Positions 38,067 to 48,037 of a stretch of DNA of 64,000 nucleotides are shown here, one piece after another; position 1 is the stretch's first letter, and each line of letters begins with the position of its first letter. Source of the stretch: Acidobacteriota bacterium. Its GTDB lineage: Bacteria > Acidobacteriota > Thermoanaerobaculia > Gp7-AA8. The stretch lies in assembly GCA_019244185.1 (NCBI GenBank), contig JAFATB010000022.1:64001-128000 (forward strand), in the 5' to 3' direction. The translations under genes and the position numbers were made by a program. The notes below the pieces were generated by a model. That model did no database searches and was not told where the DNA came from. It was given only the letters and a program-made list of their open reading frames with translations.

Positions 38067-39572
38067 TCACAGCTGGCACTTGCTCACATCGCCCGACACC
38101 GCGAACGTGCTGGTCGGGGTCCAGGTCGGATTCCAGTAGTCGTTCAGCAGCGCCTTCGCCGACGTCGCGTCGTCGACGAGGAAGCCGTACTCCTGATTCG
38201 ACACCTGCAGGTCTTTGATGTTCTCGATGAGCGTCATCGGATAGACGTTGTGCGAGCCGATGTAGAAGTAGCGGTCGTCGACGATGTAGACCTTCGCGTG
38301 ATTGCCGAGCAGGCGTTTCGTGGTCGTCCACTGATTCGTGTCGACGCCGTCCGCGCCGCGGCGCGCGATGCTGCCGAGGTGCAGCTGCTTGCAGACCTGA
38401 TCGCGCACCGCGTCCTTTGATTTTCCCGACACGCGCGCAACCTCGCTGTGCAACTTTTGCGCGGTTTCGAGCGCGTCGTAGCCCTCGTAGTACGGCGTGT
38501 CGCTGTCGGACTTCGCGCCCTTGTTGGTCATGACGACGTAGACGTCGACGCCGCGGACGATGCTCTTCGCGAGCGCCTCGAAGACGGGGCGGTTTGCGTT
38601 GCCGTTGCGCGAGACGAGGTCCTGCTGCGAGAGGCGGATCGTGCTCTTCGCGTTGTCGAAGAGGAACTGCATCGCGCGATCGCTCCACTGGAACTCCGGC
38701 GTCATCGGGCTGCTCAGCGGAATCAGCCCGAGTCCCGCGCGGCCGACGCCGAGGATGTCGATAGTGCCGTCGCCGGCGGCGGGTTCCTCGGGCTGGTAGT
38801 ACGCGCAGACCGGCCAGCGCTCGCCGGTCGCGCCGATCAGCGTGTCGGCGTACGTCCGCGACGTGCCGAACGTCTCGTGCCACGAGTACGTGCAGGTGTG
38901 CTTCCACAGCGGCGCGGCGAAGTTCGTCGCCGCCTGCGCGGCCGGCCCGACGACGTGCATGGTGAGGTCGTAGATCGGGCGCGGGTTCGCGTAATCGGCG
39001 GGCCAGAGATTGTGTCCGCCGACGATCGCTTCCTTGCCGTCGATGGCCACGATCTTGGCGTGATTGGTCGCGAGAGACGCGTACGCTGGGCAGTCGCTCC
39101 ACGCGCCCGGCATGCACGTCGAGACGGCGCCCATGATGACGTTCACCTCGGAACCTTTGACGATCGGCGCCAGCGTGTCGAGGAACGCGCGGGTGTTCGT
39201 GTTCGTGATGCCGTTGCCGAGGAGGATGCGCACCGTGACCTTCCTATTCTTTGTCACGAGGTCTTTGATGCCGCTGCGGATGTGATTCGCGAACAGTCCG
39301 TCGTCGGGGAGCGGCGCCATCGTGACGATGTCGACGCGCTTCTCGGCGCGGCTGATCAGAAAGCTGATGTCCTGCGCGAGCCGGTCCGCGCCGACGGTGT
39401 CGCTGGTGGCGGAGAGCCAGAAGCCCGGCACCAGGTTGTTGCCGGTGGTGAGGCTCCACATGGTGTCGTTCGGCGAGGCGGGGAGCTGTTGCGCGAGCTG
39501 GCGCAGGAGACTCTCTTCACCGTGCGCGGCAAACGCGAGAACGAGGGCGAGCAGCGAAAGCATGCGTTTCAT
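38067..39572 (-). CDS. Secreted phospholipase D (two HKD motifs)
   Basis: Signal peptide MKRMLSLLAL with AAGGAG RBS. NHAKIVAIDGKEAIVGGHNL and NHAKVYIVDDRYFYIGSHNVY, IRLSQQD, QEYG. Confidence 0.88.
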   Translation of the reverse strand: MKRMLSLLALVLAFAAHGEESLLRQLAQQLPASPNDTMWSLTTGNNLVPGFWLSATSDTVGADRLAQDISFLISRAEKRVDIVTMAPLPDDGLFANHIRSGIKDLVTKNRKVTVRILLGNGITNTNTRAFLDTLAPIVKGSEVNVIMGAVSTCMPGAWSDCPAYASLATNHAKIVAIDGKEAIVGGHNLWPADYANPRPIYDLTMHVVGPAAQAATNFAAPLWKHTCTYSWHETFGTSRTYADTLIGATGERWPVCAYYQPEEPAAGDGTIDILGVGRAGLGLIPLSSPMTPEFQWSDRAMQFLFDNAKSTIRLSQQDLVSRNGNANRPVFEALAKSIVRGVDVYVVMTNKGAKSDSDTPYYEGYDALETAQKLHSEVARVSGKSKDAVRDQVCKQLHLGSIARRGADGVDTNQWTTTKRLLGNHAKVYIVDDRYFYIGSHNVYPMTLIENIKDLQVSNQEYGFLVDDATSAKALLNDYWNPTWTPTSTFAVSGDVSKCQL

Positions 39573-39589
39573 CGTGGTCGTCTCCTTTC

Positions 39590-39997
39590 TCAGTACCGGC
39601 CGTTGTCGATGGGCGTGACGGAGAGCAGCTCGCTGCACCGCGCCTTGATGCCGTTCTGGTCGCGGCATTCGACGAGCCACACCTCGAACGAATGCGTGCC
39701 GAACGTGCCCGCGGTGGTGGCGTCGTTGAAGCGATAGGGCTGGTCTCCGCCGAGGTAGACGATGTCGTAGGTCGGCTTCGAGCGGCGGATCTTCGTCGCG
39801 TACGTATGGAACTCGAACTTCACGCGCGGGCGGTTGGGAACGATGTCGAGGAAGAAGCCTTTGGATGCGTCGCGCGTGCACTTGATCTGCCCGTCCTTGT
39901 CGGGCGGCGCGGTGCATTGAGCGGAATGCTGCGCCAGCGCGGCGGTCGCGGAAGAGAGCGTGAGGATGAGCATCACTGCGAGGTGTCCCGGTCTCAT
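39590..39997 (-). CDS. Small secreted hypothetical protein with 4 Cys
   Basis: C-terminal 135 aa of track ORF 39590..42415. GGAGG RBS and signal peptide MRPGHLAVMLILTLSSATAALA. Ends 17 bp before the PLD start. Confidence 0.65.
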   Translation of the reverse strand: MRPGHLAVMLILTLSSATAALAQHSAQCTAPPDKDGQIKCTRDASKGFFLDIVPNRPRVKFEFHTYATKIRRSKPTYDIVYLGGDQPYRFNDATTAGTFGTHSFEVWLVECRDQNGIKARCSELLSVTPIDNGRY

Positions 39998-40153
39998 GTT
40001 CGTTTGAATCCCTCCGGCATCCTTGGTCTGACGCGCCGCGGAGGTTTTCCATTCGCGAGCGGCGGCGAACGAAAAAAAGCAGGCGCAGCGCGTTCGTGTG
40101 CACGAGCAAATCGCAGGTAGGGATTTGCCTCGCTCCGTCTCTCCTTGGGTGAG

Positions 40154-42259
40154 ATGAGATCGCTGAGAATTCTTCCGACGTTGCTCTTCGTGTCTTCGTT
40201 CTTCGCCTGCTCGCTCGTCGCCCAGTCTCCCGATCCCGACTGCAATCGCCCCGGCCGCCCGCCCGTCAACCCGAAGCTCTGCAAGCACTCCAACTTCTTC
40301 GAGCCCGCGGAGGTGTGGGACCTCCAGACCGATGCGCGCATCTCCAAGTACAAGCCGGCGGGACTCGCGTACGACGCGTATCTGCCGGTCGGCTACGATC
40401 TCGCCAACACGATCGTGCTGATCAACCGCGCCACGAAGGACGTCGTGATCGTCGACACCCTCGGCGACCGCGAGACCACCGCCAGCGTGCTCGCCGAGCT
40501 CGCGCAGAAGCACATCCTTGCGTCGACGACGAACATCCCGTTCCGGTCGCTGATCTACACGCACAACCACATCGACCATACCGGCGGCGTGCAGGGCTTC
40601 CTCGACGCCGCGAACCGTCCGCCGTGCACGGCCGAGAATCCGAGCACGCCCGGCGCCGACGGTGTGTACGACGCCGACGCGCAGAACCCGAATTGCCTTC
40701 CGGTCATCGGTCAGGCGGACATCGTCAACGCCGTCGTCAACACCGGGACCATCGTCGGCACGATCATCAATCAGCGCTCGTCGTACATGTACGGCAGCTA
40801 TCTGCTGCCGAACGGGATCATCAACGACGGCATCGGCCCGCAGGTGAATCCGGGACACTCCGGCTTCCGCATGCCGTCGCGCACGTTCACGAATCAGCTG
40901 CGCGTGCACGCGGGCGGTCTGTGGATGGAGCTCGAGTACGTCCCGAGCGAGACGAACGACGAGCTCATGGTGTTTCTCCCCGACGCGCTGAACCGCGCCA
41001 CCGGCAGCAGCTCGCCGAACGATCCCGCGAGCTGGAAAGGTCCGGGACTGCTGCTCTCCGCGGAAGTGATCCAGGGTCCGTCGTTCCCGAACCTCTACTC
41101 GCTGCGCGGCACGAGCTACCGCAATCCGGCCACGTGGTTCCGCAGCGTGGACGTGCTGCGCAAGTACGACTCGTGGTGCATGCTGCCGAGCCACGGCACG
41201 CCGCTCTGCGGACAGCAGAACATCCAAACCGTGTTGCAGAACTTCCGCGACGCGATCCAGTACACGCACGACCAGACCGTGCGCTATCTCAACAAGGGGA
41301 TGACCATCGAGGAGCTGCCGCAGCACATCCACATGCCGCAGTACCTCATCGACGATCTGGCGCCGGTCGAGACGGCGAAGCCGCCCGCGATCACCGATCC
41401 GCGCGACTACCTCACGTTCTTCTACGGCTCGGTCCCGCAGGCCGTTCGCGAGATTTACTTCGGTTACCTCGGCTGGTTCCAGGGCGATCCGGTCGCACTC
41501 GATCCGCTGCCGCCGGTCGAGAATGCGAATCGCACGGTCGCGCTGATGGGCGGCGCCGCGCACGTCGTTGACGAGGCGTCGAAGGCGCTGAAGACCGGCA
41601 CGATGAAAGAGGTCCAGTGGGCGGCGCAGCTCGCGTCGCTGGTCATGCAAACGGACACGGTCGACGCCACGACGCGCGAGAGCGCGGTGAAGATCAAGGC
41701 ATCCGCGTATCGCCAGCTCGCGCCGCCGCAGACGAATCCGAACTGGCGCAACTGGTATCTCTCGTCCGAGCGCGAGCTGAATCACCTGATCCCGAACGCC
41801 GCGATCAATGGCGGCCTCACGTCGCGCGACATCGTCATCAATCTGCCGGCCGAGGCGTGGGTGAACGAGTGGACGATGCGCCTGAAGGCCGACGAGACGA
41901 TGCAGCGCAACGTGCACAGCAATCTGGGCATCTGGATCAGCGGCGACAACGACGGCTTCGGGCCGCAAGGCTTCCTGCTGCGCATCCGCCGCGCGATCTG
42001 CGAGTTCACCGCGGTGGGCAACAACGGTCCGGCCGTCGCCGCGGGCGCGCAGCTCATCCTGTCGATGGACCGCCCGACGCTGAACGAGCTGATCGCGGCG
42101 GACGTGGTGAATCACCCCGGCTCGTTCGACGCCGCGCTGACGAAGCTCATCGCGGACGGCAGGATCACGGTGACGGGCGGCGGCGCGCCCGACGCGATCG
42201 CGTTCTTCGCGAACTTCGATCCGGCGCCGACGCAGGCCATTCGTCTCAGCAGCAAGTGA
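40154..42259 (+). CDS. Secreted alkyl/aryl sulfatase (SdsA1-like metallo-beta-lactamase fold)
   Basis: THNHIDHTGG, SETNDEL, FPNLYSLRGTSYR, PSHG, HDQTVRYLNKG, YLGWFQGDP, NWRNWYL, SCP2-like C-terminus. Confidence 0.85.
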   Translation: MRSLRILPTLLFVSSFFACSLVAQSPDPDCNRPGRPPVNPKLCKHSNFFEPAEVWDLQTDARISKYKPAGLAYDAYLPVGYDLANTIVLINRATKDVVIVDTLGDRETTASVLAELAQKHILASTTNIPFRSLIYTHNHIDHTGGVQGFLDAANRPPCTAENPSTPGADGVYDADAQNPNCLPVIGQADIVNAVVNTGTIVGTIINQRSSYMYGSYLLPNGIINDGIGPQVNPGHSGFRMPSRTFTNQLRVHAGGLWMELEYVPSETNDELMVFLPDALNRATGSSSPNDPASWKGPGLLLSAEVIQGPSFPNLYSLRGTSYRNPATWFRSVDVLRKYDSWCMLPSHGTPLCGQQNIQTVLQNFRDAIQYTHDQTVRYLNKGMTIEELPQHIHMPQYLIDDLAPVETAKPPAITDPRDYLTFFYGSVPQAVREIYFGYLGWFQGDPVALDPLPPVENANRTVALMGGAAHVVDEASKALKTGTMKEVQWAAQLASLVMQTDTVDATTRESAVKIKASAYRQLAPPQTNPNWRNWYLSSERELNHLIPNAAINGGLTSRDIVINLPAEAWVNEWTMRLKADETMQRNVHSNLGIWISGDNDGFGPQGFLLRIRRAICEFTAVGNNGPAVAAGAQLILSMDRPTLNELIAADVVNHPGSFDAALTKLIADGRITVTGGGAPDAIAFFANFDPAPTQAIRLSSK

Positions 42260-42263
42260 CGCG

Positions 42264-45248
42264 ATGAAGCTCATCGCGGCGTTGCTCCTTCTTTTCAGCA
42301 CGACTCTTCTCGCGCAAACGACGGCGTCGCTCAGCGGCGCCGTCACCGCGGGCGGCGCGCCGCTCGCCGGCGTCGAGGTCGCGATCGCGTCGCCCGCGCT
42401 GCAGGGCATGCGCACGACGACGACCGGCGAGGCAGGCGTGTATCATTTCGCCGCGCTGCCCCCGGGCGCGTACACCGTGCGCTTCACGCGCGGCGGCTTT
42501 CAGCAGGCGGCGCTCGTCGTGACGCTGCGCCTCTCGCAGCCCGCACGCGCGGACGCGGCGATGCAACCCGCGGCGGGCGAGTCGATCATCGTCACCGCTT
42601 CCGCGCCCGCCGTGCTCGAGTCGCCGCAGGTCTCGACGAACCTGCCTTTCGCGGAAGTCGAGCGGCTGCCGGTGCAGCGCAATCAGCTCGCGACCGCGCA
42701 GCTCGCGCCCGGCGTCACGGTGAACGGCGTCTCGAACGGACAGCTGCAGATCTCCGGCGGTCCCGGCTACGACAACCTCGTCCTCGTCAACGGCGTCACG
42801 GTCACGGAGAACACGCGCGGGCAGATCCGCCCGATGTACGTCGAGGATGCGATCCAGGAGACGACGGTGCTGACCGGCGCGATCTCCGCGGAGTACGGCC
42901 GCTTCAGCGGCGGCGTCGTCAGCACGATCACGAAAGCGGGCGGCAACGACTTCACCGGCTCGCTGCGCGACTCGCTGAGCAGTCCGGCGTGGTCCGCGCA
43001 AACGCCGGCGCGCGAGGCGCGCGAGGGTCCGCTCAGCCACGTCTGGGAAGGAACGCTCGGCGGCTTCATGCTGCGCGACCGGCTCTGGTTCTTCGGCGCC
43101 GGACGCTGGGCGAAGAACGACACGGCGCGGCAGACGGTCGCGATTCCGGCGTTCGCGAATCCCGCGTCGGCGGCCGGGCCGGCGTTCAGCTACAACGAGG
43201 GCAACGATCAGAAGCGCTTCGAAGGAAAGCTGACCGCGCAGGTGACGCCGAGGCACAGCGTGGCGGCGTCGTACTTCAAGATCGACACGCACGGGACCGA
43301 CGTGCGCTTCAACAACAACATCTACGACGAGGCGAGTCTCACCACGCGCGACGATCCGGAGTCGCTGCTGGCCGCGCATTACGAGGGGATGTTCGCCGCG
43401 AACGCGATGTCGGAAGCGTACTACTCGGGGCGGAAGTTCTCGGATCGCACGGGCGGCTTCGCGACCGACCTCGCCGGCGGCACGGTGCTGCTCGACCGCT
43501 CGAACAACAACACGCGCTTCAATGCGCCGACGCTGTGCGGCGCGTGCGACGCGGAGCACCGCGACAACGCCGACGTGCTGCTGCGCGGGCACGTGTTCTT
43601 CGACGGCGGACGCGCGGGCGCGCACGACCTCGTCGCCGGCGTCGACCGCTTCACCGAGCGGCGCTACGCGAACAACCATCAGTCGGCGAGCGACTTCTCG
43701 CTCTTCGTCACGCGCGTGCAGTACGCGGACGGCGTCATCTATCCGGTCGTCACCCCGTCGAACGCGAACGGCGGCGGGTCGTTCATCCGCTGGAATCCGG
43801 TCCTCGTCGCCGCGAACGACGACGAGCTGCGCACCGACTCCGCGTTCCTCAACGACGTCTGGTCCGCCGGCCGCTGGCAGTTCTCCGGCGGTCTGCGCTG
43901 GGACCGCAATCACGCCGTCGACGCCGACGGTGCCGTCGCCGCGGACGACCGCAAGCTCTCGCCGCGCCTCGGCATTCAGTACGACCTGCACGGCAACGGA
44001 CGGCAGCGCGTCAGCGCCTCGTACGCGGAGTACGTCTCGCGCATCGCCGACAGCATCGCGTCGTCGAATCAGGCCGCGGGCAACGCCGCCGCGATCGACT
44101 TCGCGTACCGCGGCCCCGCCATCAACGACCGCGCGCTGACGACGCCGCTCGCCGACGTCATCCGCATGGTCTTCGATTTCTTCAACACCACGCAGGGCGG
44201 CACCGCGAACCGCGCGCCGAACAACCTGCGCGCGAACGGCGTGCGCACCATTCCGGGCTACACGTCGTACTTCGACGGCACGCTCGCGTCGCCGTCCGTG
44301 CGCGAGGTGACGCTCGGCTACGGCGCCGAGCTCGGGAGCAGCGGCTACGTGCGCGCGGATGCGATCGCGCGCGACTGGCGCGACTTCTACGCGTCTAGCG
44401 TCACCACCGCCACGAGCCACACCGACACGCCGCTCGGCATCCCGGTCGACCTCGCGCTGCTGCGCAACAGCAACCACGTGCGCCGCCAGTACCGCGCCGT
44501 GCAACTGCAGGCGCGCTGGTCGCCGCGCCGCTTCGACACCGGCGTCTTCTACACGCTGGCCACGCTGCGCGGAAACGACGAGAGCGACAATCCCGCGAAC
44601 GGCGCCGTCCCGAACGTCGATCCGTCGCTCTATTACCCGGAGTTCTTCGCGTACGACCGCGCGGCGCCGGTGGGAAATCTGCCCGGCGATGAGCGCCATC
44701 GCATGCGCGCGTGGGCGGGCTACACGTTCGATCTGCGCCCCGTGCTGCTCTCCGCGTCGGTGCTGCAGAGCTACGACTCGGCGTTGCCGTACTCGATCGC
44801 CGCGCCGATCAACCTCACGCGCTACAACGGCGCGCCCGCGAATCCCGGCTACGCCACGGTGCCGAACGGCGTCTACTACTTCAGCGGACGCGGCGCGCTG
44901 CGCGTCGACGACATCCAGTCGACCGACCTCGCGCTGCGCGCGTCGCTCCGCTTCGGCGCGCTCGAATGGTTCGCGCAGGGCGACCTGCTCAACGCGTTCA
45001 ATCGCGACGGCGTCGCCGATCCGCAGCGCATCAGCACGACCGTGAACACGGCCGCGAACTCGACGGCCTTCGCGCCGTTCGATCCCGCGCGGCAGACGCC
45101 CGTCGCATGTCCGCAAGGCGCCGCGGCGTCGGTCTGCACGGCGATGGGCGCGAACTATCAGCTCGCCGCGAACTTCGGACAACCGCTCAACGATCTCGCT
45201 TACCAACGACCGCGCACGCTGCGCCTGTCCCTCGGCTTCCGCTTCTGA
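42264..45248 (+). CDS. TonB-dependent receptor, Oar-like with N-terminal carboxypeptidase-regulatory-like domain
   Basis: Signal peptide, LPPGAYTVRF, SAEYGRFSGGVV, LRDRLWFF, SPRLG, C-terminal YQRPRTLRLSLGFRF. Confidence 0.88.
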   Translation: MKLIAALLLLFSTTLLAQTTASLSGAVTAGGAPLAGVEVAIASPALQGMRTTTTGEAGVYHFAALPPGAYTVRFTRGGFQQAALVVTLRLSQPARADAAMQPAAGESIIVTASAPAVLESPQVSTNLPFAEVERLPVQRNQLATAQLAPGVTVNGVSNGQLQISGGPGYDNLVLVNGVTVTENTRGQIRPMYVEDAIQETTVLTGAISAEYGRFSGGVVSTITKAGGNDFTGSLRDSLSSPAWSAQTPAREAREGPLSHVWEGTLGGFMLRDRLWFFGAGRWAKNDTARQTVAIPAFANPASAAGPAFSYNEGNDQKRFEGKLTAQVTPRHSVAASYFKIDTHGTDVRFNNNIYDEASLTTRDDPESLLAAHYEGMFAANAMSEAYYSGRKFSDRTGGFATDLAGGTVLLDRSNNNTRFNAPTLCGACDAEHRDNADVLLRGHVFFDGGRAGAHDLVAGVDRFTERRYANNHQSASDFSLFVTRVQYADGVIYPVVTPSNANGGGSFIRWNPVLVAANDDELRTDSAFLNDVWSAGRWQFSGGLRWDRNHAVDADGAVAADDRKLSPRLGIQYDLHGNGRQRVSASYAEYVSRIADSIASSNQAAGNAAAIDFAYRGPAINDRALTTPLADVIRMVFDFFNTTQGGTANRAPNNLRANGVRTIPGYTSYFDGTLASPSVREVTLGYGAELGSSGYVRADAIARDWRDFYASSVTTATSHTDTPLGIPVDLALLRNSNHVRRQYRAVQLQARWSPRRFDTGVFYTLATLRGNDESDNPANGAVPNVDPSLYYPEFFAYDRAAPVGNLPGDERHRMRAWAGYTFDLRPVLLSASVLQSYDSALPYSIAAPINLTRYNGAPANPGYATVPNGVYYFSGRGALRVDDIQSTDLALRASLRFGALEWFAQGDLLNAFNRDGVADPQRISTTVNTAANSTAFAPFDPARQTPVACPQGAAASVCTAMGANYQLAANFGQPLNDLAYQRPRTLRLSLGFRF

Positions 45249-45270
45249 CAGAGAAACAAGGAGGAGATGT

Positions 45271-45597
45271 ATGGCTGGTCAAACATGGTCCGTGATGATC
45301 GTCGCCGGCAGTCCGTGCGCGTCGTTCGTGCCCGACGTCTACGGCACCACCGGCTCCACGCTGAAGGCGCAGACGAACGACGTCGTCTGCTGGAACAATC
45401 AGACGAACGAGGAGCATCAACCGTGGCCGCTGACGGACGGTGAGCCCGATGCGAGCGGTCCCGGACTCAGCGATCCGATCGCGGCGTATCGCTCGTCGTC
45501 GCCCGCGTACGTCGTGCAGACGGCGGCGGGGCAGACGATCGACTACTGCTGCCGCTTCCATCCCGACGAGCGCGGCGCGATCGAGGTGGTCGCATGA
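45271..45597 (+). CDS. Small cupredoxin-like protein
   Basis: Strong AGGAGG RBS. VCWNN...H and C-terminal YCCRFHPDERGAIEV (C-x2-H-P-x-E). ATGA overlap with the oxidase gene. Confidence 0.6.
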   Translation: MAGQTWSVMIVAGSPCASFVPDVYGTTGSTLKAQTNDVVCWNNQTNEEHQPWPLTDGEPDASGPGLSDPIAAYRSSSPAYVVQTAAGQTIDYCCRFHPDERGAIEVVA

Positions 45598-48032
45598 AGC
45601 GCGCGGCCTGGTTCCTTTCCGCCGCGTTGCTCGCGCCGGGTCTGTTCGCGCAAGCGAACTCGATCCCGTGCGGCGACGGCATCACCGGCGCGCCGCTGCA
45701 GCGCGTGCCGGAGATCGTGCGCACGGACGACGGCGTGCTGCGCGGCACGCTGTACACCGTCTCCGAACAGCAGCGCTTCCCCGACACGATCGCCGGCAAG
45801 ACACCGACGCCGACGTGCTATCCGCAGTGGGTGCGCGCGTATCGCCGCGATCCGCCGGCGTCGTGGAATCCGTCGTCGCAGGCGCCGCTCACGAACCCGA
45901 TGCCGGGACCGACGCTCCGCGCGCGCGTCGGCGACGTCGTCGAGCTGACGTTCCTCAACATGATCGACGCGAACAAGTTCCCCGGCGTCGATGACAATCA
46001 GTGCGACCAGAGCTCGGTCTATCCCGGCACCGGCGCGGGCGCGGACACGTATCCCGACTGCTTCGCCGGCTCGGTGTTCACGAACGTGCACTTCCACGGC
46101 ACGCACGTGAATCCGAACTCCACCGGCGACAACGTGTTCCTGCAGATCCGCCCGTCGCCGCGCAAGACCGACGGCACGAACGAACCGGTCGTCACCGCCG
46201 CAAGCGTCGAGAAGCCGTTTGACGAGTTCTTCGCCGCGTGCCGGCAGCAGCTGATGGCCACGCCCGGTCCGAAGATCTGGCCGACGACGTGGAGCGAGCT
46301 GCCGGCCGACTACACGAATTCGCAGCAGGCGCTGCTCAAGCAGTACGCGCCCGACTGGTTCGCCGCGAACGAGCACCTGCGCGCGCAGGGCAACTGGCCG
46401 CAGTACTACGTGGCCGCCTATCCGTACTGCTACCGCATCCCGGCGTACGAGTCGACCGAGCCGCTCAAGACGGACAACGCCGCGGTGCACACGCCGCATA
46501 CGCACGGCGCGGGATCGGCGGAAGTGAACGAGGCCGAACAGCCGAACCGTCCGCTGATCATGGGACAGGCGCCCGGCACGCACTGGTATCACGCGCACAA
46601 ACACGGCTCGACGACGATCAACGTGTCGAACGGCATGACCGGCGTCTTCATCATCGAAGGCGCATACGACGACGAGATCAACGCGGTCTACGGCAAGGGC
46701 TGGACGCGCACGCAGCCGGTGCTCGTGCTCAATCAACTCGGCTCGATCCCCGCGCTCGTGTCGGGACAGAAGGGCGCCGGTCCCGGCCCCGACTTCGCCG
46801 TGAACGGGCAGATCCGCCCCGTGCTGAAGATGAAGGGCAACGAGGTGCAGATGTGGCGCATCGCCAACACCTCGTCGCGCGCCGGCGCATACTTCCTCGC
46901 GCCCACCGGCCTGCAGTGGATGCAGCTCGCGCAGGACGGCGTGCAGTTCCGGGACGAGAACTATCAGCAGACGAAGAACATCGAGTTCCTCCTCGCGTCG
47001 GGCAACCGCGCGGACCTTCTCGTGAAGGCGCCGAAGTACAATCGCGGCGGCAACAACACGTACGACGTCTACGTCTACAACACGGTCGATCCGTCCGACC
47101 GCCCGCCGCAGAAGCAGCCGGTCGCGAAGCTGACGCTGCTCAAGGTGCAGGTCGAGCCCGACGGTCCGGACATGCAGTTCCTCGCGAAGGCGCCCACGTT
47201 CCCGCCGTTCCTCGACGATGTGACCGACGCGGAGATCACCGGCACGAAGGTGCTGACGTTCGCGTCCACCTCCCTCGGCGCGGGCTTCCCCGCGCAGCAC
47301 ACGATCGACGGCAAGAAGTTCGACGGCGAGCTCGGCGCCGTAGTCGCGCTCAATCGCGCCGAGGAGTGGAAGATCGTCAATGAGACCTTCGGCCCGGCGA
47401 CCGGAAATCAGATCGCCCATCCGTTCCACATCCACGTCAATCCGTTCCAGGTGACCGAGACGTTCGATCCGAACGCGCTCATCTCGAGCACGAAAGGCAG
47501 CGGCACGGTGACCACGACCGCGAACGTGCTGACCGTGACCGGCACGAACACGGACTTTCAGAAGGAGATCCACGTCGGTGACGTGATCTCGATCGATGGC
47601 CTCGCGCCCGCGACGGTCGTGTCGATCGAGAGCGCGACGTCACTCACGCTGGAGACCGGCTACGGCACGAAGGCGGTCACGGACGCGCCGTATCACATCG
47701 GCGTGCCGCTCTACACGATCGAGAAGGTCGGCGCGCGGCCGGGACAGTGCGTGCTCGATCCGAAGGTTCCCGCCACGTGGAGGCCGTGCACGCCGACCGA
47801 GCCGGTGAAGAACCGCATCTGGTGGGACGTCTTCCCGATCCCGTCCGGCAACATCTTCACCGCCGCGGACGGGACGCAGTACCCGATCCCCGGCTCCTTC
47901 AAGATGCGCAGCCGCTTCGTCGATTACTCCGGCTACTTCGTCCTGCACTGCCACATCCTCGCGCACGAGGACCGCGGCATGATGACCGTCGTGGAGGTGG
48001 CACCGCTGCAGACGCCGTACTCGCACCATTAA
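45594..48032 (+). CDS. Secreted multicopper oxidase
   Basis: All four copper motifs: NVHFHG, HWYHAHKHG, HPFHIHVN, LHCHILAHEDRGMM. Signal peptide present. Confidence 0.9.
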   Translation: MKRAAWFLSAALLAPGLFAQANSIPCGDGITGAPLQRVPEIVRTDDGVLRGTLYTVSEQQRFPDTIAGKTPTPTCYPQWVRAYRRDPPASWNPSSQAPLTNPMPGPTLRARVGDVVELTFLNMIDANKFPGVDDNQCDQSSVYPGTGAGADTYPDCFAGSVFTNVHFHGTHVNPNSTGDNVFLQIRPSPRKTDGTNEPVVTAASVEKPFDEFFAACRQQLMATPGPKIWPTTWSELPADYTNSQQALLKQYAPDWFAANEHLRAQGNWPQYYVAAYPYCYRIPAYESTEPLKTDNAAVHTPHTHGAGSAEVNEAEQPNRPLIMGQAPGTHWYHAHKHGSTTINVSNGMTGVFIIEGAYDDEINAVYGKGWTRTQPVLVLNQLGSIPALVSGQKGAGPGPDFAVNGQIRPVLKMKGNEVQMWRIANTSSRAGAYFLAPTGLQWMQLAQDGVQFRDENYQQTKNIEFLLASGNRADLLVKAPKYNRGGNNTYDVYVYNTVDPSDRPPQKQPVAKLTLLKVQVEPDGPDMQFLAKAPTFPPFLDDVTDAEITGTKVLTFASTSLGAGFPAQHTIDGKKFDGELGAVVALNRAEEWKIVNETFGPATGNQIAHPFHIHVNPFQVTETFDPNALISSTKGSGTVTTTANVLTVTGTNTDFQKEIHVGDVISIDGLAPATVVSIESATSLTLETGYGTKAVTDAPYHIGVPLYTIEKVGARPGQCVLDPKVPATWRPCTPTEPVKNRIWWDVFPIPSGNIFTAADGTQYPIPGSFKMRSRFVDYSGYFVLHCHILAHEDRGMMTVVEVAPLQTPYSHH

Positions 48033-48037
48033 CGTTG

